The notes: generated by a model not told the origin, from the letters alone. A stretch of 64,000 nucleotides of DNA from Candidatus Avelusimicrobium cornigerorum (GCA_002309715.1 DBXW01000005.1:321613-385612), one strand, 5' to 3'; shown: positions 1 through 10,680, counted from the stretch's first letter. Made by a program: numbers and translations.

Positions 1-2
1 CG

Positions 3-254
3 GTGTGGGGCTCTAAAGGCGTTACCGGGCATACGCTTGGTGCAGCCGGAGCCATAGAGGCGGTGCTTGCCTTGCAAGCACTCAATACGCATACCTTGCC
101 GGCTACGGTCGGATTTACAACGACTGATGATGCTTTGCAACTCGTGCCTACGACTTCTCAACAGACGATTTCCAAACGATTTGCCGTTTCCGATTCGCTA
201 GCCTTTGGCGGGTGTAATGCGGCGGTTGTGCTGGGGGCTAAAGATGCTGCCTAA
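3..254 (+). CDS. Beta-ketoacyl-ACP synthase (FabF/FabB-like), C-terminal fragment; starts before the window
   Basis: GHTLGAAGAIE and SDSLAFGG motifs of the KAS C-terminus. Confidence 0.85.
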   Translation: MWGSKGVTGHTLGAAGAIEAVLALQALNTHTLPATVGFTTTDDALQLVPTTSQQTISKRFAVSDSLAFGGCNAAVVLGAKDAA

Positions 255-1038
255 ACTCTTTATAAACGGAGCCGTTTGCTTGACGGGAGACGCCGCCCCG
301 GAAGATTTTGCGCCTTTTATGGATGTGCGTAAATTGCGTCGGGCAGAGCCTATTTCTAAAAATGTTTTATGGTGTGCGTTTAAGGCATTAGAACAAGCCC
401 AATTAAAAGATACTTCTTCAGCCAATTTAGGTATTAGTTTGGCTATGGGGGCGGGGGCTTTGGAAAGTACACTTAAATTTATGGACAGTATTGTGCAGGA
501 TGGGGACGAACTCTCTTCGCCGACGGCTTTTGCCAGTTCTGTGCACAATTCAACGGCGCTTTTTCTCTCTATGCTTTTGGGGATTCACGGCCCTTGTGTG
601 GTAACGGGGCAACTGGATGCTTCCTTTGCCGCCGCGTTACTTACCGCACAACAATTTTTGGCTAAAAATATGTGTGAGCAAGTGTTGGTGGCAATAACAG
701 AAGACGTTAACCCGCTTTTGGCAGAACAATTGCAAAAAGATCCGCAAATCTTTGCTCCGTTTATCTATCAGCCTTCTTTGCCGCCAACGCGCTTGGCCGG
801 GGCACTTGCGGTAAGTGATAAGCCGACGGCGGCTACGCAATTTGTGTTGGATACGGTTTCTCTTTCCAACACGTCTGATTTGCAAACGCAAAGTACTCCT
901 TGGGTGACTACTTGTTCGTGCGCCCATAGTGCAGCGTTGCTAGACAGTTATTTGCGAAAAAAAGAACCGTTCGTTTTACGTGAACAATTTGCCGGAACGA
1001 TACTTGAAATAGCGGGAGAGCCGTATGTTCAGCCTTGA
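244..1038 (+). CDS. Ketosynthase chain-length-factor-like protein (probably non-catalytic KS)
   Basis: KLRRAEPISK and SSPTAFASSVHNS motifs of the CLF-like family; ATG at 244 overlaps the upstream gene end. Confidence 0.75.
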   Translation: MLPKLFINGAVCLTGDAAPEDFAPFMDVRKLRRAEPISKNVLWCAFKALEQAQLKDTSSANLGISLAMGAGALESTLKFMDSIVQDGDELSSPTAFASSVHNSTALFLSMLLGIHGPCVVTGQLDASFAAALLTAQQFLAKNMCEQVLVAITEDVNPLLAEQLQKDPQIFAPFIYQPSLPPTRLAGALAVSDKPTAATQFVLDTVSLSNTSDLQTQSTPWVTTCSCAHSAALLDSYLRKKEPFVLREQFAGTILEIAGEPYVQP

Positions 1039-2158
1039 GCAAGTCGGTTATATTGTTTACGATATTTTTTCAACGGAACTGGTTAAACAGCGGCGCGATA
1101 CGTTTGCCTTTTTTGATACGCAATCATCTTTAGACTTGCGTCAAATTCCTTCACAAGTTCGCGAGCAAGCAACCGAGCAGGTAGGACTATTTTTTGATTT
1201 TAACCCAGAGCCGTTTTCTTCCCTAGAGCAGTTAATTTTACAGGCTCATACTGCCTATCAAAAAAATAAATTTGTTTATTTGTCCACATCGGGAAGCACC
1301 GGCCAACCCAAACAAATTTTACACACGCAGGAAATGATGGAAATTGAAGGTAAAAGCGTGGGATATCATTTCCGCAACGCTAAACGCCTTATTACACTAA
1401 CCCCGCGGCAACATTTATACGGCCTTTCGTTTGGGGTGTTTTTTCCGGTGGTATACGGTACACCTACACTTCCGCTTGCGCCGCTTCCGATGCAACCGTG
1501 GCAAACGCTTTTGCGCGCCGGAGACGTGGTGGCGGGGTTCCCGTTATTTTGGGAATATTTTTTAAAAGGGGGAAACTCCTTGCCGGCCGGTGTAACGGCG
1601 GTGACTTCTACCGCGCCTTGCCCCAAAGGACTTTTTGACCGATTAAAAAAAGCCGGGGCCGAGCAAGTTTTTGAACTGTATGGGGCGACGGATACGGGCG
1701 GAATCGGCGTGCGGAGTGATGAAAACGCCCCTTTTCAAATCAACGATTTTTGGGAAGTGGACGCCGAACACCAACCGGTTTTAATTCGTCGCAAAGGCAT
1801 TGATAAATGGCTCCCCTTCCCCGACGAAGTAAAATTTGTGTCTCCGCGCGGAATTTTTCCGTTAAAACGTACCGACCGCATGGTGCAAGTAGCGGGCGTA
1901 AATGTGTCGCTTAACCGAGTGGAAAAAGTGTTGCAAGAACACCCGGCTGTAAAAACTTGCCGCGTGCGTTTAATGCGCCCGGAAGAAGGAAAACGCTTAA
2001 AAGCGTTTGTTGTATTAAACGCGGGGTATGACGAACAAATTTTGCCGCAACTGCGCGTATATTTGACCGAGCAATTATCTTCACATGAAATGCCCCGTGC
2101 TTTTACTTTCGGTAGCGCACTTCCCACCGGTGCTATGGGGAAAGACAGCGATTGGTAA
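1025..2158 (+). CDS. AMP-binding acyl-CoA ligase, resembling the 4-coumarate-CoA ligase (PYP-activation type) family
   Basis: STSGSTGQPK AMP-binding motif, YGATDTGG, C-terminal LPTGAMGKDSDW. Confidence 0.75.
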   Translation: MFSLEQVGYIVYDIFSTELVKQRRDTFAFFDTQSSLDLRQIPSQVREQATEQVGLFFDFNPEPFSSLEQLILQAHTAYQKNKFVYLSTSGSTGQPKQILHTQEMMEIEGKSVGYHFRNAKRLITLTPRQHLYGLSFGVFFPVVYGTPTLPLAPLPMQPWQTLLRAGDVVAGFPLFWEYFLKGGNSLPAGVTAVTSTAPCPKGLFDRLKKAGAEQVFELYGATDTGGIGVRSDENAPFQINDFWEVDAEHQPVLIRRKGIDKWLPFPDEVKFVSPRGIFPLKRTDRMVQVAGVNVSLNRVEKVLQEHPAVKTCRVRLMRPEEGKRLKAFVVLNAGYDEQILPQLRVYLTEQLSSHEMPRAFTFGSALPTGAMGKDSDW

Positions 2159-2247
2159 ATTAAGATAGGGAACTTTCCGTAAAAAGATAAAACCTGTAAG
2201 CGTATCTATCACCAAACAGGAAATTACATAAATCACTATTATTTTGC

Positions 2248-2278
2248 TTGACTTGGAGTTAACTCCAACTGCTACAAT
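2248..2278 (+). promoter_or_regulatory. MerR-type promoter/operator
   Basis: TTGACT (2248-53), 19-bp spacer, TACAAT (2273-78); perfect palindrome TTGGAGTTAACTCCAA at 2253-2268, directly upstream of the MerR gene. Confidence 0.9.
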
Positions 2279-2296
2279 ATCTTTATAGGAGGAGTT

Positions 2297-2674
2297 ATGA
2301 CTATTTCTGAAGCAAGTCAACGGTGTCATGTTTCGCCCGATACATTACGTTACTATGAAAAGGCAGGATTGTTATCTGACGTAAACCGTACTGCCGGCGG
2401 AATAAGAGATTACACGGAACGGGACTGCGCCCAAATAGAGTTTGTCAAATGTATGCGTAGTGCGGGACTTTCCATAGAAGTATTAAAAAAATATTTTGAA
2501 CTCTTTAAACGTGGCAAGCGCACGCTTAAAGCCAGACGGGATTTATTAGCTACGGAACGTCAAGCACTGCAAGAACGTTTCGTGAAATTGCAAGACACGC
2601 TTAAACGGTTAGATTATAAAATTTCCGTGTATGACAAGGCCCTTAAATCTAAAACAAAAGAACTTAAATTCTAG
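2297..2674 (+). CDS. MerR-family regulator (AdhR/NmlR-like)
   Basis: TLRYYEKAGLL..RTAGGIRDY HTH and FVKCMRSAGLSIE; GGAGG RBS. Confidence 0.92.
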   Translation: MTISEASQRCHVSPDTLRYYEKAGLLSDVNRTAGGIRDYTERDCAQIEFVKCMRSAGLSIEVLKKYFELFKRGKRTLKARRDLLATERQALQERFVKLQDTLKRLDYKISVYDKALKSKTKELKF

Positions 2675-2682
2675 GAGAGTGT

Positions 2683-3297
2683 ATGATTAAAAAGATACTT
2701 ATTGCATTACTTATTTTGGCCGTTCTCGGTGGGATAATGGCCCTGGCACATCACGTGCGGGTAGCCCAACGCAATAAAAAGGAACTCGCCAATTTTGCTC
2801 AAGAAACACCCTATACTGCCAAGTTGGGCAAAGTGTTGATAATTTACTATTCTTGGACGGGACATACGCAAGACATTGCCGAACAAATTGCCACCCTTAC
2901 CCGGGCAGATATATACCGCATCCAAACGCAGGAAGAATTTAAAAGTTCTCCTGCTTTTTATGCGCGGATCAAAAATGAACTCAACAACAAAATCTATCCT
3001 GCACTGGTTGGTAACTTGCCGGATGTGAATAATTACGACGTGGTATTTGTAGGTGCCCCGGTATGGTGGTACACCATGGCTACGCCGCTTTATTCCTTTT
3101 TGGGACAGGTAGATTTTAAGGGGAAAAAGGTAATTCCTTTCTCTACCCAAGGCAGTAACCCCGGAACGTTTTTGGAAGATTTTAACGCTACTGCCAAAAA
3201 CGCCCAAATGGGTAATTATGCCAATTTTAACAACGTGGGCCCGGAATATAACAAGGCCGTGCATAATAAAATCGTGCATTGGTTAAACAATTTATAG
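2683..3297 (+). CDS. Flavodoxin-like protein with N-terminal membrane anchor
   Basis: YYSWTGHT, GAPVWWYTMATP, PFSTQGSN flavodoxin motifs. Confidence 0.85.
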   Translation: MIKKILIALLILAVLGGIMALAHHVRVAQRNKKELANFAQETPYTAKLGKVLIIYYSWTGHTQDIAEQIATLTRADIYRIQTQEEFKSSPAFYARIKNELNNKIYPALVGNLPDVNNYDVVFVGAPVWWYTMATPLYSFLGQVDFKGKKVIPFSTQGSNPGTFLEDFNATAKNAQMGNYANFNNVGPEYNKAVHNKIVHWLNNL

Positions 3298-3306
3298 GAG
3301 AAAACT

Positions 3307-3846
3307 ATGAGTAGAAAAGTGTTAATTATATCAGCCTCACCCCGCAAGGGCGGCAATTCCGATTCTTTGTGTGACCAATTTCTGTCAGGTGCCAAAGAAG
3401 CCGGACACAATGTGGAAAAAATCTTTTTGCGTGACCATAAAATCAATTATTGTCTCGGTTGCGGCGTATGTAATAATACGCACAAATGCGTGCAAAAAGA
3501 TGATATGAAAGCGTTATTGGATAAAATGGTGGATGCAGATGTAATTGTGTTATCTACTCCGGTTTATTTCTATACTATGGATGCACAATTAAAGACGTTC
3601 ATTGACCGTTGCGTGCCCAGATATACGGAAATTTCCAACAAAGATGTCTATTTTATTGTGTCCGCTGCCGATACCGACAAAAACAATTTGGCCCCCACGA
3701 TAGAAGGCTTGCGCGGCTTTACGCGTGATTGTTTAGACGGTACAAACGAAAAAGGCATTATTTACGGTACCGGTGCCTGGCAAGTCGGCGAAGTAAAGGA
3801 ATTGCCCGCCTATAAACAGGCGTATGAGATGGGCAAAAAATGCTAA
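3307..3846 (+). CDS. NAD(P)H-dependent FMN reductase / iron-sulfur flavoprotein family
   Basis: SASPRKGGNS, CLGCGVC..C, TPVYFYTM. Confidence 0.88.
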   Translation: MSRKVLIISASPRKGGNSDSLCDQFLSGAKEAGHNVEKIFLRDHKINYCLGCGVCNNTHKCVQKDDMKALLDKMVDADVIVLSTPVYFYTMDAQLKTFIDRCVPRYTEISNKDVYFIVSAADTDKNNLAPTIEGLRGFTRDCLDGTNEKGIIYGTGAWQVGEVKELPAYKQAYEMGKKC

Positions 3847-3857
3847 AAGGATATAAC

Positions 3858-4874
3858 ATGAACAAAAAACTATTATTATTAGGAATAATTTTACTGGGAG
3901 GCTTTAGTATGGTAAGTGCTAAAAGTTGGGATAAAGTTTTCGCAAAAAGTGATAAGGTAACGGTCAAAAAAGTTCACTTTAAAAACCGCTATGGGATTAA
4001 ACTAACGGGCGACTTATATATGCCTAAAGGAGTAGCCAAAGATGCCAAACTCCCCGCCATTGCGGTTAGCGGGCCTTTTGGGGCTGTAAAAGAGCAAAGC
4101 AGCGGCTTGTACGCCCAAACAATGGCAGAGCGTGGCTTTATTACCTTGGCGTTTGATCCTTCCTATACGGGGGAATCGGCCGGAAAACCCAGAAATGTGG
4201 CTTCGCCGGATATCAATACGGAAGATTTTAGTGCGGCGGTAGATTATTTAAGTACACGTAACGATGTGGATGAAGATAAAATCGGTATTATCGGCATTTG
4301 CGGTTGGGGCGGCTGGGCATTAAACGCTGCTGCTATGGATACACGCATTAAAGCCACGGTTGCATCTACCATGTATGATATGACACGTGTGAGCGCAAAG
4401 GGGTATAACGATTCTGTGGATGAAAATGCCCGTTATGAAATGCTTAAACAATTAAATAATCAACGCACCCAAGATTATAAAAACGGCACTTATGCCGGGG
4501 CCCCGGGATTGCCGGAAAAATTAACCGGGCAAGAACCGCAATTTGTGCAAGATTATTGGCATTATTATAAAACCCCGCGCGGGTTTCATAAACGTTCCAT
4601 CAATTCTAACGGGAATTGGAACACTACTTCCGCGCTGGGACTTATCAATCAGCCCGCGTTGCAACGCAGCGGCGAAATACGCAATGCCGTACTCGTAATC
4701 CACGGAGAAAAAGCCCACAGCCGTTATTTTGGGGAAGATGCTTTTAAAAAATTAAAAGGCGAAAACAAAGAATTGCTGATTATTCCGGGCGCAAATCATG
4801 TGGATTTGTATGACAATATGGCAAAAATTCCGTTTGATAAAATAGAAAGTTTTTTTAAAACAAACTTAAAATAA
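3858..4874 (+). CDS. Alpha/beta hydrolase with signal peptide
   Basis: GPFGAVKEQ, GICGWGG nucleophile elbow, HVDLYD. Confidence 0.88.
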   Translation: MNKKLLLLGIILLGGFSMVSAKSWDKVFAKSDKVTVKKVHFKNRYGIKLTGDLYMPKGVAKDAKLPAIAVSGPFGAVKEQSSGLYAQTMAERGFITLAFDPSYTGESAGKPRNVASPDINTEDFSAAVDYLSTRNDVDEDKIGIIGICGWGGWALNAAAMDTRIKATVASTMYDMTRVSAKGYNDSVDENARYEMLKQLNNQRTQDYKNGTYAGAPGLPEKLTGQEPQFVQDYWHYYKTPRGFHKRSINSNGNWNTTSALGLINQPALQRSGEIRNAVLVIHGEKAHSRYFGEDAFKKLKGENKELLIIPGANHVDLYDNMAKIPFDKIESFFKTNLK

Positions 4875-4940
4875 GTTGCGTCCAATTTTCTATATCATGG
4901 AATTAAGCAGGGAAATATACATTAGTGAGAATAAATAATT

Positions 4941-5564
4941 ATGAAAGTATTACTTATTAACGGAAGTCCACATCAAGCAGGATGTACCTTTACGGCACTT
5001 AGCGAAATTGCCAATACCCTTAAAAAAAACGGTATTGAAAGCGAAATTTTTCACATTGGCGTAAAGCCGATTGCTAATTGTATTGCTTGCGGGAAATGCC
5101 GCGAAACAGGCAAATGCGTATTTGACGCCGACGGTGTTAATGAGATTGGCGCACAAATAGATGCGTTTGACGCCATTGTGCTCGGCTCGCCTGTTTATTA
5201 TGCGGGGCCATCCGGTCAACTTTGTTCGTTTTGTGATCGGCTATTTTTCTCTAATTCTAAAAAAATGGCCGGCAAATTAGCAGCAGCAGTCGTATCATGC
5301 CGCCGGGGGGGAGCAACGGCTTGTTTTGACCGGCTGAACAAGTATTTTACCATTACCAATATGCAGGTGGTTGGCTCCCAGTATTGGAATATGGTGCACG
5401 GTTTCACGCCGGAAGATGTACGCAAAGACGCGGAAGGTTTGCAAACCATGCGCACATTGGCACAAAATATGGCGTGGCTACTCAAATGTATTGAACTGGG
5501 CAAAAAACACGGCATTAACAAGCCGGAATATGAGCCGATAAAATTTACGAATTTTATCCGGTAA
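4941..5564 (+). CDS. Flavodoxin family iron-sulfur flavoprotein
   Basis: INGSPH, CIACGKC..C, GSPVYYAG, SCRRGGAT. Confidence 0.88.
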   Translation: MKVLLINGSPHQAGCTFTALSEIANTLKKNGIESEIFHIGVKPIANCIACGKCRETGKCVFDADGVNEIGAQIDAFDAIVLGSPVYYAGPSGQLCSFCDRLFFSNSKKMAGKLAAAVVSCRRGGATACFDRLNKYFTITNMQVVGSQYWNMVHGFTPEDVRKDAEGLQTMRTLAQNMAWLLKCIELGKKHGINKPEYEPIKFTNFIR

Positions 5565-5631
5565 CTTAAAGTTCCGTAAGATAGCAATAGCGTTTTAGGG
5601 CAAATGACCATATTTTGCTATAATAACTGTA

Positions 5632-7344
5632 ATGAAAGGCCTTCTTCTCTCTCTTGATTTGCTAGGCGGTCTAGGGGTATTCCTGTTGGGCATCAAAATG
5701 ATGAGCGACGGGTTGCAGAAAGCCGCCGGAGACCGTTTGAGACGGATTATCGCCCGCGCTACCACTAACCGATTTACAGCAACCTTGTCCGGTATTTTAG
5801 CCACCTCTATTATTCAATCTTCTTCTGCCACTACCGTCATGGTAGTGGGGTTTGCCAGTGCGGGGTTGCTTAGTTTATCCCAATCGCTCGGCGTTATTTT
5901 CGGGGCCAATATCGGCACTACCACTACAGCCTGGTTAATTAGTATCCTTGGCTTTAAAGTCAACATTTCCGCGTTTGCTATGCCCATGATCGGCATTGGT
6001 TTCTTCTCGCAATTTATTAAAAAATGGCCGTTAGCGCGTCGTATCGGAGAGGCCATGGTGGGTTTTGGGTTGCTGTTTTTGGGCTTATCGCTTATTCAAG
6101 GGGCGTTGCCCGATATGCAAAATTCATCTGCCGTGGTGGAGTGGATTGTAAAATTTCGGCCCGATACGTTACTTTCATTATTGGGAGTAATCGGCGTAGG
6201 AACGGTGCTGACCGTACTGCTCCAATCTTCCAGTGCAGTTATGGCGGTTACGCTCACTTGTGCTGCTAAAGGGCTGATTGACTATCCCACCGCTTGTGCC
6301 CTTGTGTTGGGCGAAAATATTGGGACCACCATTACCGCCAACATTGCCGCTATCGGCTCTCCGCGAATTGCGAAACGCGCCGCGTTGGGACATATGCTTT
6401 TTAACGTACTGGGGGTAGTGTGGGCGGTGGCATTTTTCCATCCTTTTTTAGGACTCATTGATTGCTTTGTTCCCGGCGAGACTACAGGCACCAACCCCGA
6501 AGTGCTTTTGACCAGCATCCCCTACCATTTAGCCGCTTTTCACACCACGTTTAACATTATAAATACCAGTATCATGCTTATGTTTATAAAACCGTTTGAA
6601 AAACTGATTTTATTTCTCTTGCCTGTTCAGCGTAACGAACAAAACCAAACCGAACTACGCTATCTAAAAGTTGGCGTCACCACTACGCCGGAATTGTTCA
6701 TCGGGGCGGCACGTAAAGAAATAGATATTATGGCCGGTATGGCTACTTCTATTGTGTCCAAGTTACTACACGTGTTGAAAGCCGATACCGACGCGCTGTT
6801 TGAAAATCTTGTACAAGATATATATGCGCAGGAAAAAGCCAGCGATACATTGGAATATAAAATCACAGAATTCTTAAAAAATTTAACCCACGAGCAACTT
6901 TCGCGTGATATGGTGAGTGAAATAATGCACCTATTGGATCAAACAAGTTATTTGGAAAAAATAGCCGACCATGGGGAACGAATTGCCAAACTGCTTACTA
7001 AAGCGCACGATATTAAAGCATTTAACGCGCAAGATTACGAGCGATTGGAAACCATCGGACAACAAGTGCGTAAAATTATTAAACACATGCGTTCCACTAT
7101 TTTGCCCATTGAACAGTTGGATAAATCAACAGTTTTGGACTATGCCCGAAAACAGGAAAACATACTAAACGATATGCGTCATGAACTGCGCGAAGAAAAG
7201 ACATCAAATGACTTTGAAAAAAAACAAATTTCCCCTGCCGGGCTTACTATTTACGCGGACATTTTAACCAGTTTTGAGAAAATGGGCGATTACGCCTTTA
7301 ATGTGGTAGAGTCCAATACGGACCAACCCAAACACGTAAAATAA
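5632..7344 (+). CDS. Na/Pi cotransporter family protein with PhoU-like C-terminus
   Basis: Duplicated QSSS motifs (IQSSSATT, LQSSSAVM), GANIGTT and GENIGTT. Confidence 0.92.
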   Translation: MKGLLLSLDLLGGLGVFLLGIKMMSDGLQKAAGDRLRRIIARATTNRFTATLSGILATSIIQSSSATTVMVVGFASAGLLSLSQSLGVIFGANIGTTTTAWLISILGFKVNISAFAMPMIGIGFFSQFIKKWPLARRIGEAMVGFGLLFLGLSLIQGALPDMQNSSAVVEWIVKFRPDTLLSLLGVIGVGTVLTVLLQSSSAVMAVTLTCAAKGLIDYPTACALVLGENIGTTITANIAAIGSPRIAKRAALGHMLFNVLGVVWAVAFFHPFLGLIDCFVPGETTGTNPEVLLTSIPYHLAAFHTTFNIINTSIMLMFIKPFEKLILFLLPVQRNEQNQTELRYLKVGVTTTPELFIGAARKEIDIMAGMATSIVSKLLHVLKADTDALFENLVQDIYAQEKASDTLEYKITEFLKNLTHEQLSRDMVSEIMHLLDQTSYLEKIADHGERIAKLLTKAHDIKAFNAQDYERLETIGQQVRKIIKHMRSTILPIEQLDKSTVLDYARKQENILNDMRHELREEKTSNDFEKKQISPAGLTIYADILTSFEKMGDYAFNVVESNTDQPKHVK

Positions 7345-7467
7345 GCGGAATGTTTGCGTTTTTATTCAAAGTTGTGAATAGTTTGTCCAATATATCGCCA
7401 CGGTCTATTGCTCCACGCACTGTCCCGAAAGGTATGAAAATTTAGAACAAAAGAAGATTATAAAATT

Positions 7468-8592
7468 ATGAGTACACAAGAATTAGAACTTAACCGCGAA
7501 AAAATCATTGTGAAAACCAGTATCATCGGTATTGTTACCAATATACTGTTAGCGGCTTTTAAGGCAGGGGTGGGCTTTTTGTCCAACTCCATTGCTGTTA
7601 TATTAGATGCCGTCAATAATCTCTCCGATGCGTTGTCCTCGGTCATTACGATTATCGGCGCCAAACTGGCCAACCGTGCCCCGGATAAAAAACATCCGCT
7701 GGGGCATGGGCGTTTGGAGTATATTAGTTCTATGTTGGTAGCGGCCATTGTACTATATGCCGGGGTGACGGCGTTCGTGGAATCTGTCAAAAAGATATTT
7801 CATCCGGAAAATTCTGAATATACGCTCACCGCGCTACTCATTATTGCGGTGGCGGTAGTGGTAAAATTGGTATTAGGCCGCTATGTAAAAGGACAGGGGG
7901 AAAAGGTTAACTCCGGCGCATTAGTGGCATCAGGTTCGGATGCTTCTTTTGATGCTATTTTATCGGCCTCGGTGTTGGCTTGTGCGATTATCCATATGCA
8001 TTTTCATATATCGTTAGAAGCGTATATGGGTGTAATTATTTCAATTGTTATTATCAAAGCAGGCATGGAAATGATACAAGATACGGTGCACGATATATTG
8101 GGCAAACGCGCAGACGTACAACTTTGTAAAGATATCAAACAAATTATTAACGGAGAATCCGGAGTACGCGGTGTGTATGATTTGCTGATTAACGACTATG
8201 GCCCGAATAAGCACTATGCTTCTGTGCATATAGAACTACCCGACACAATGACCGTGGACGAAGTGGACCGTTTAACACGGCAAATAGAAGAAAAAGTGTA
8301 CCATAAAACGGGCGTCATTTTAACGGGCGTAGGGGTATATTCTTATAATACCAAGGATGAAGAAGCCGCGCTTGTGCGCAATAACGTACAGAAGATAGTC
8401 TTGACGCACGATTGGGCGTTACAACTACACGGATTTTATGTGGATATTGCCGAAAAGAAAATGCGCTTTGATGTGGTGCTTAGTTTTGATATTGCCAGAG
8501 AATATGCCCTTGATAGGCTAACGCAAGAAGTACAAGCGGCCTATCCCGCCTATCAGATACACATTACCCCGGATGTGGACTTAACGGATTAG
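7468..8592 (+). CDS. Cation diffusion facilitator transporter
   Basis: DAVNNLSDA, HPLGHGRLEY, six TM segments and a C-terminal dimerisation domain. Confidence 0.92.
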   Translation: MSTQELELNREKIIVKTSIIGIVTNILLAAFKAGVGFLSNSIAVILDAVNNLSDALSSVITIIGAKLANRAPDKKHPLGHGRLEYISSMLVAAIVLYAGVTAFVESVKKIFHPENSEYTLTALLIIAVAVVVKLVLGRYVKGQGEKVNSGALVASGSDASFDAILSASVLACAIIHMHFHISLEAYMGVIISIVIIKAGMEMIQDTVHDILGKRADVQLCKDIKQIINGESGVRGVYDLLINDYGPNKHYASVHIELPDTMTVDEVDRLTRQIEEKVYHKTGVILTGVGVYSYNTKDEEAALVRNNVQKIVLTHDWALQLHGFYVDIAEKKMRFDVVLSFDIAREYALDRLTQEVQAAYPAYQIHITPDVDLTD

Positions 8593-8653
8593 CGTACCCA
8601 ATACAGCCACTCTGCAGGGGATGTGGGCGGTTTTTCCGCAAACAATTTATTGC

Positions 8654-9910
8654 TTAAATTCGGCCCTTAAATTCAAAACCAAGAGCCTCTACGGTCTTTT
8701 GTACTTCTTCGCTAGTGGGAGTTCCTTTAACGTGGGCGATACCGTCGCTTAAATTTACGGTAACTTCTTTGACAGATGGCAACTTGCTGATTGCGTTGAT
8801 TACGGTGCTTTTACAATGGTTGCACCGCATACCGCTGATTTTAAAAGAAATCACGTCATTATCTTTTGTGTTTTCCATAATTTTTTCCTTTTTCTTGTTT
8901 TTCTTGAGCCACATGGCATTGATAAAAAGCGCAACAAGTATCAAGGAGCAAATCATTTTAAAATAGTGAAAGCCCCCATGATGATGTACGGCCGTTACAA
9001 AATGAGACACATCAAACCAACCGGGCGGTAAAAAGTTATCTATAATCAGGCCGCAACCCATGGCCCCAATAATAAGCGTGGTAAGATAAAGCGTAAATGT
9101 TTTTTTGCCCAACACCTTGCCGATAACAAGCATAGAGGCGATATTGGCCGCCGGCCCCGCCATGAGAAGTACAAGTGCCGTTCCGGGGCTCATCCCTTTC
9201 ATCATAAGCGCGATGGCTATGGGTATAGAACCCGTCGCACACACATACATGGGCACGGCTACCAAAAGCACCAGTAACATAGTCAAAATCGTATTATTGC
9301 CAAAGAGCATAAAGAAATTATCCGGCACAAAATAGGTAATTAGCCCCGCAAGCAGTAGGCCGAATAAAAGCATCTTGCCGATATCTTCCATCATTTCTAC
9401 ATACCCATAATGGAAAGCGCTTTTTAATTGCTGGGCAAATGAAAGTTTTTCAGTCGGTTGACTACTTGTCTGCGTAAGGGAAACAGGTGACTTTTCGTTT
9501 AACGTAAAGACGTTGGTTGTAATCCCCGCAAACAGGGCTGTGCATAAGGCAACTACCGGGCGGATGAGAGCAAAAGGAAATCCCATTAGGGAATAAGTCG
9601 CAATAATGGAATCTACCCCTGTCTGCGGAGTGGCTATTAGAAACGCCACGGTGGCCCCCTTGGATGCCCCTTCTTTATAAAGGGCCATAGCGGTAGGGAT
9701 TACCCCGCACGAGCACAAGGGAAGCGGAATGCCAAATAACGTAGCATAAAATACGGATGTCCAACCGCTTTGGGATAAGTATTTAGAAAATAACCGTTGC
9801 GGTACAAAAGCGTGCAGGATTCCGGCAAACAGAAAACCCAGGAGTAGATAAGGGGACATGGTATTAAATATTGAAAAAATGACGATGGCTATTTCTCTTA
9901 TAAACTGCAT
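8654..9910 (-). CDS. SO_0444-like Cu/Zn efflux permease with C-terminal HMA domain
   Basis: PLPLCSCGVIP, YVCATGSIP, C-terminal GMRCNHC. Confidence 0.88.
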   Translation of the reverse strand: MQFIREIAIVIFSIFNTMSPYLLLGFLFAGILHAFVPQRLFSKYLSQSGWTSVFYATLFGIPLPLCSCGVIPTAMALYKEGASKGATVAFLIATPQTGVDSIIATYSLMGFPFALIRPVVALCTALFAGITTNVFTLNEKSPVSLTQTSSQPTEKLSFAQQLKSAFHYGYVEMMEDIGKMLLFGLLLAGLITYFVPDNFFMLFGNNTILTMLLVLLVAVPMYVCATGSIPIAIALMMKGMSPGTALVLLMAGPAANIASMLVIGKVLGKKTFTLYLTTLIIGAMGCGLIIDNFLPPGWFDVSHFVTAVHHHGGFHYFKMICSLILVALFINAMWLKKNKKKEKIMENTKDNDVISFKISGMRCNHCKSTVINAISKLPSVKEVTVNLSDGIAHVKGTPTSEEVQKTVEALGFEFKGRI

Positions 9911-10080
9911 TTTTCTCTCTCGTATTATTTTTGAATTTGTTGTATGGTAATAAATTTCTTTATTTCTTTACACGACATCATATTTTGTCTCATTATCAAC
10001 AATAATATCATAATTTTATTTACTTATTAACAAAAAATGGAATAAAGCGGCAATGTGTTGTCCTTTACTTATCTTTTTGA

Positions 10081-10593
10081 TTGCCGAAAAGTGTAAAAAC
10101 GCGGGTGGGGGAAGGCGATAAAGACGGTAATATGCCAGGCGAGCGGTACGGTTGCCGGTGCGGTATTGAGTGGCTGAGCGAGAAGGAAATGACTGCGGAA
10201 GAAAAAATAGCGGCAGTGCAAATAGATTTTAGCAAAAACAATATATTACCTTGGCTCAATCATGAACAATTAGAAGTATTGGGTAGTAAGAGTAAACCCG
10301 TGCTTTTTAAGAAAAGCACTCTCGGGCGTAATGCGGGGATTAGACATAAAGATATTTTGAAAAGCGAATATGATGAACTGTTAGGGGTTGCACTGTACAG
10401 CCCGGCTTTTCCACCAATAAAAGATCCTGTGCGGAAAAACTATTGGCATTTTATAGGGAAAGCGGGTAAATATAATTCGGTTGTTCTTTTGGATGTAGAA
10501 GATAAAAAAACTCATTTTGAAATAGTGCACTTAATCAAAATGAAAGAAAGGGGGATAACTAAGCTTTTGAGGAAAATAAGAAGACTAACCTAG
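10081..10593 (+). pseudogene. 5'-truncated phage MuF head-morphogenesis gene with a C-terminal BECR/PBECR-like RNase extension
   Basis: MPGERYGCRCG resembles the MuF C-terminal PG..CRC motif; IDFSKNNILP, RHKD, NSVVLLDV, EIVHL resemble PBECR-type domains; in-frame TGA immediately upstream. Confidence 0.6.
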
Positions 10594-10674
10594 GAGGCCT
10601 GCTAACTCTCCATTGTAATCGCAGAAGCGAAAACGTCAGTGGAAGCAGAAATCTCTGAACTTTAGGTTAGTCCT
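10572..10674 (-). ncRNA. Putative structured antisense sRNA
   Basis: 10-bp perfect closing stem (10583-92 with 10663-72), inner stems, upstream minus-strand promoter, U-rich tail on the minus strand. Confidence 0.55.
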
Positions 10675-10680
10675 ACTTAC

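Noticed and set aside
2170-5585. TTCCGTAA..GATA on both sides of the MerR operon as a target duplication
   Set aside because: Match is short, AT-rich and gapped; consistent with chance.
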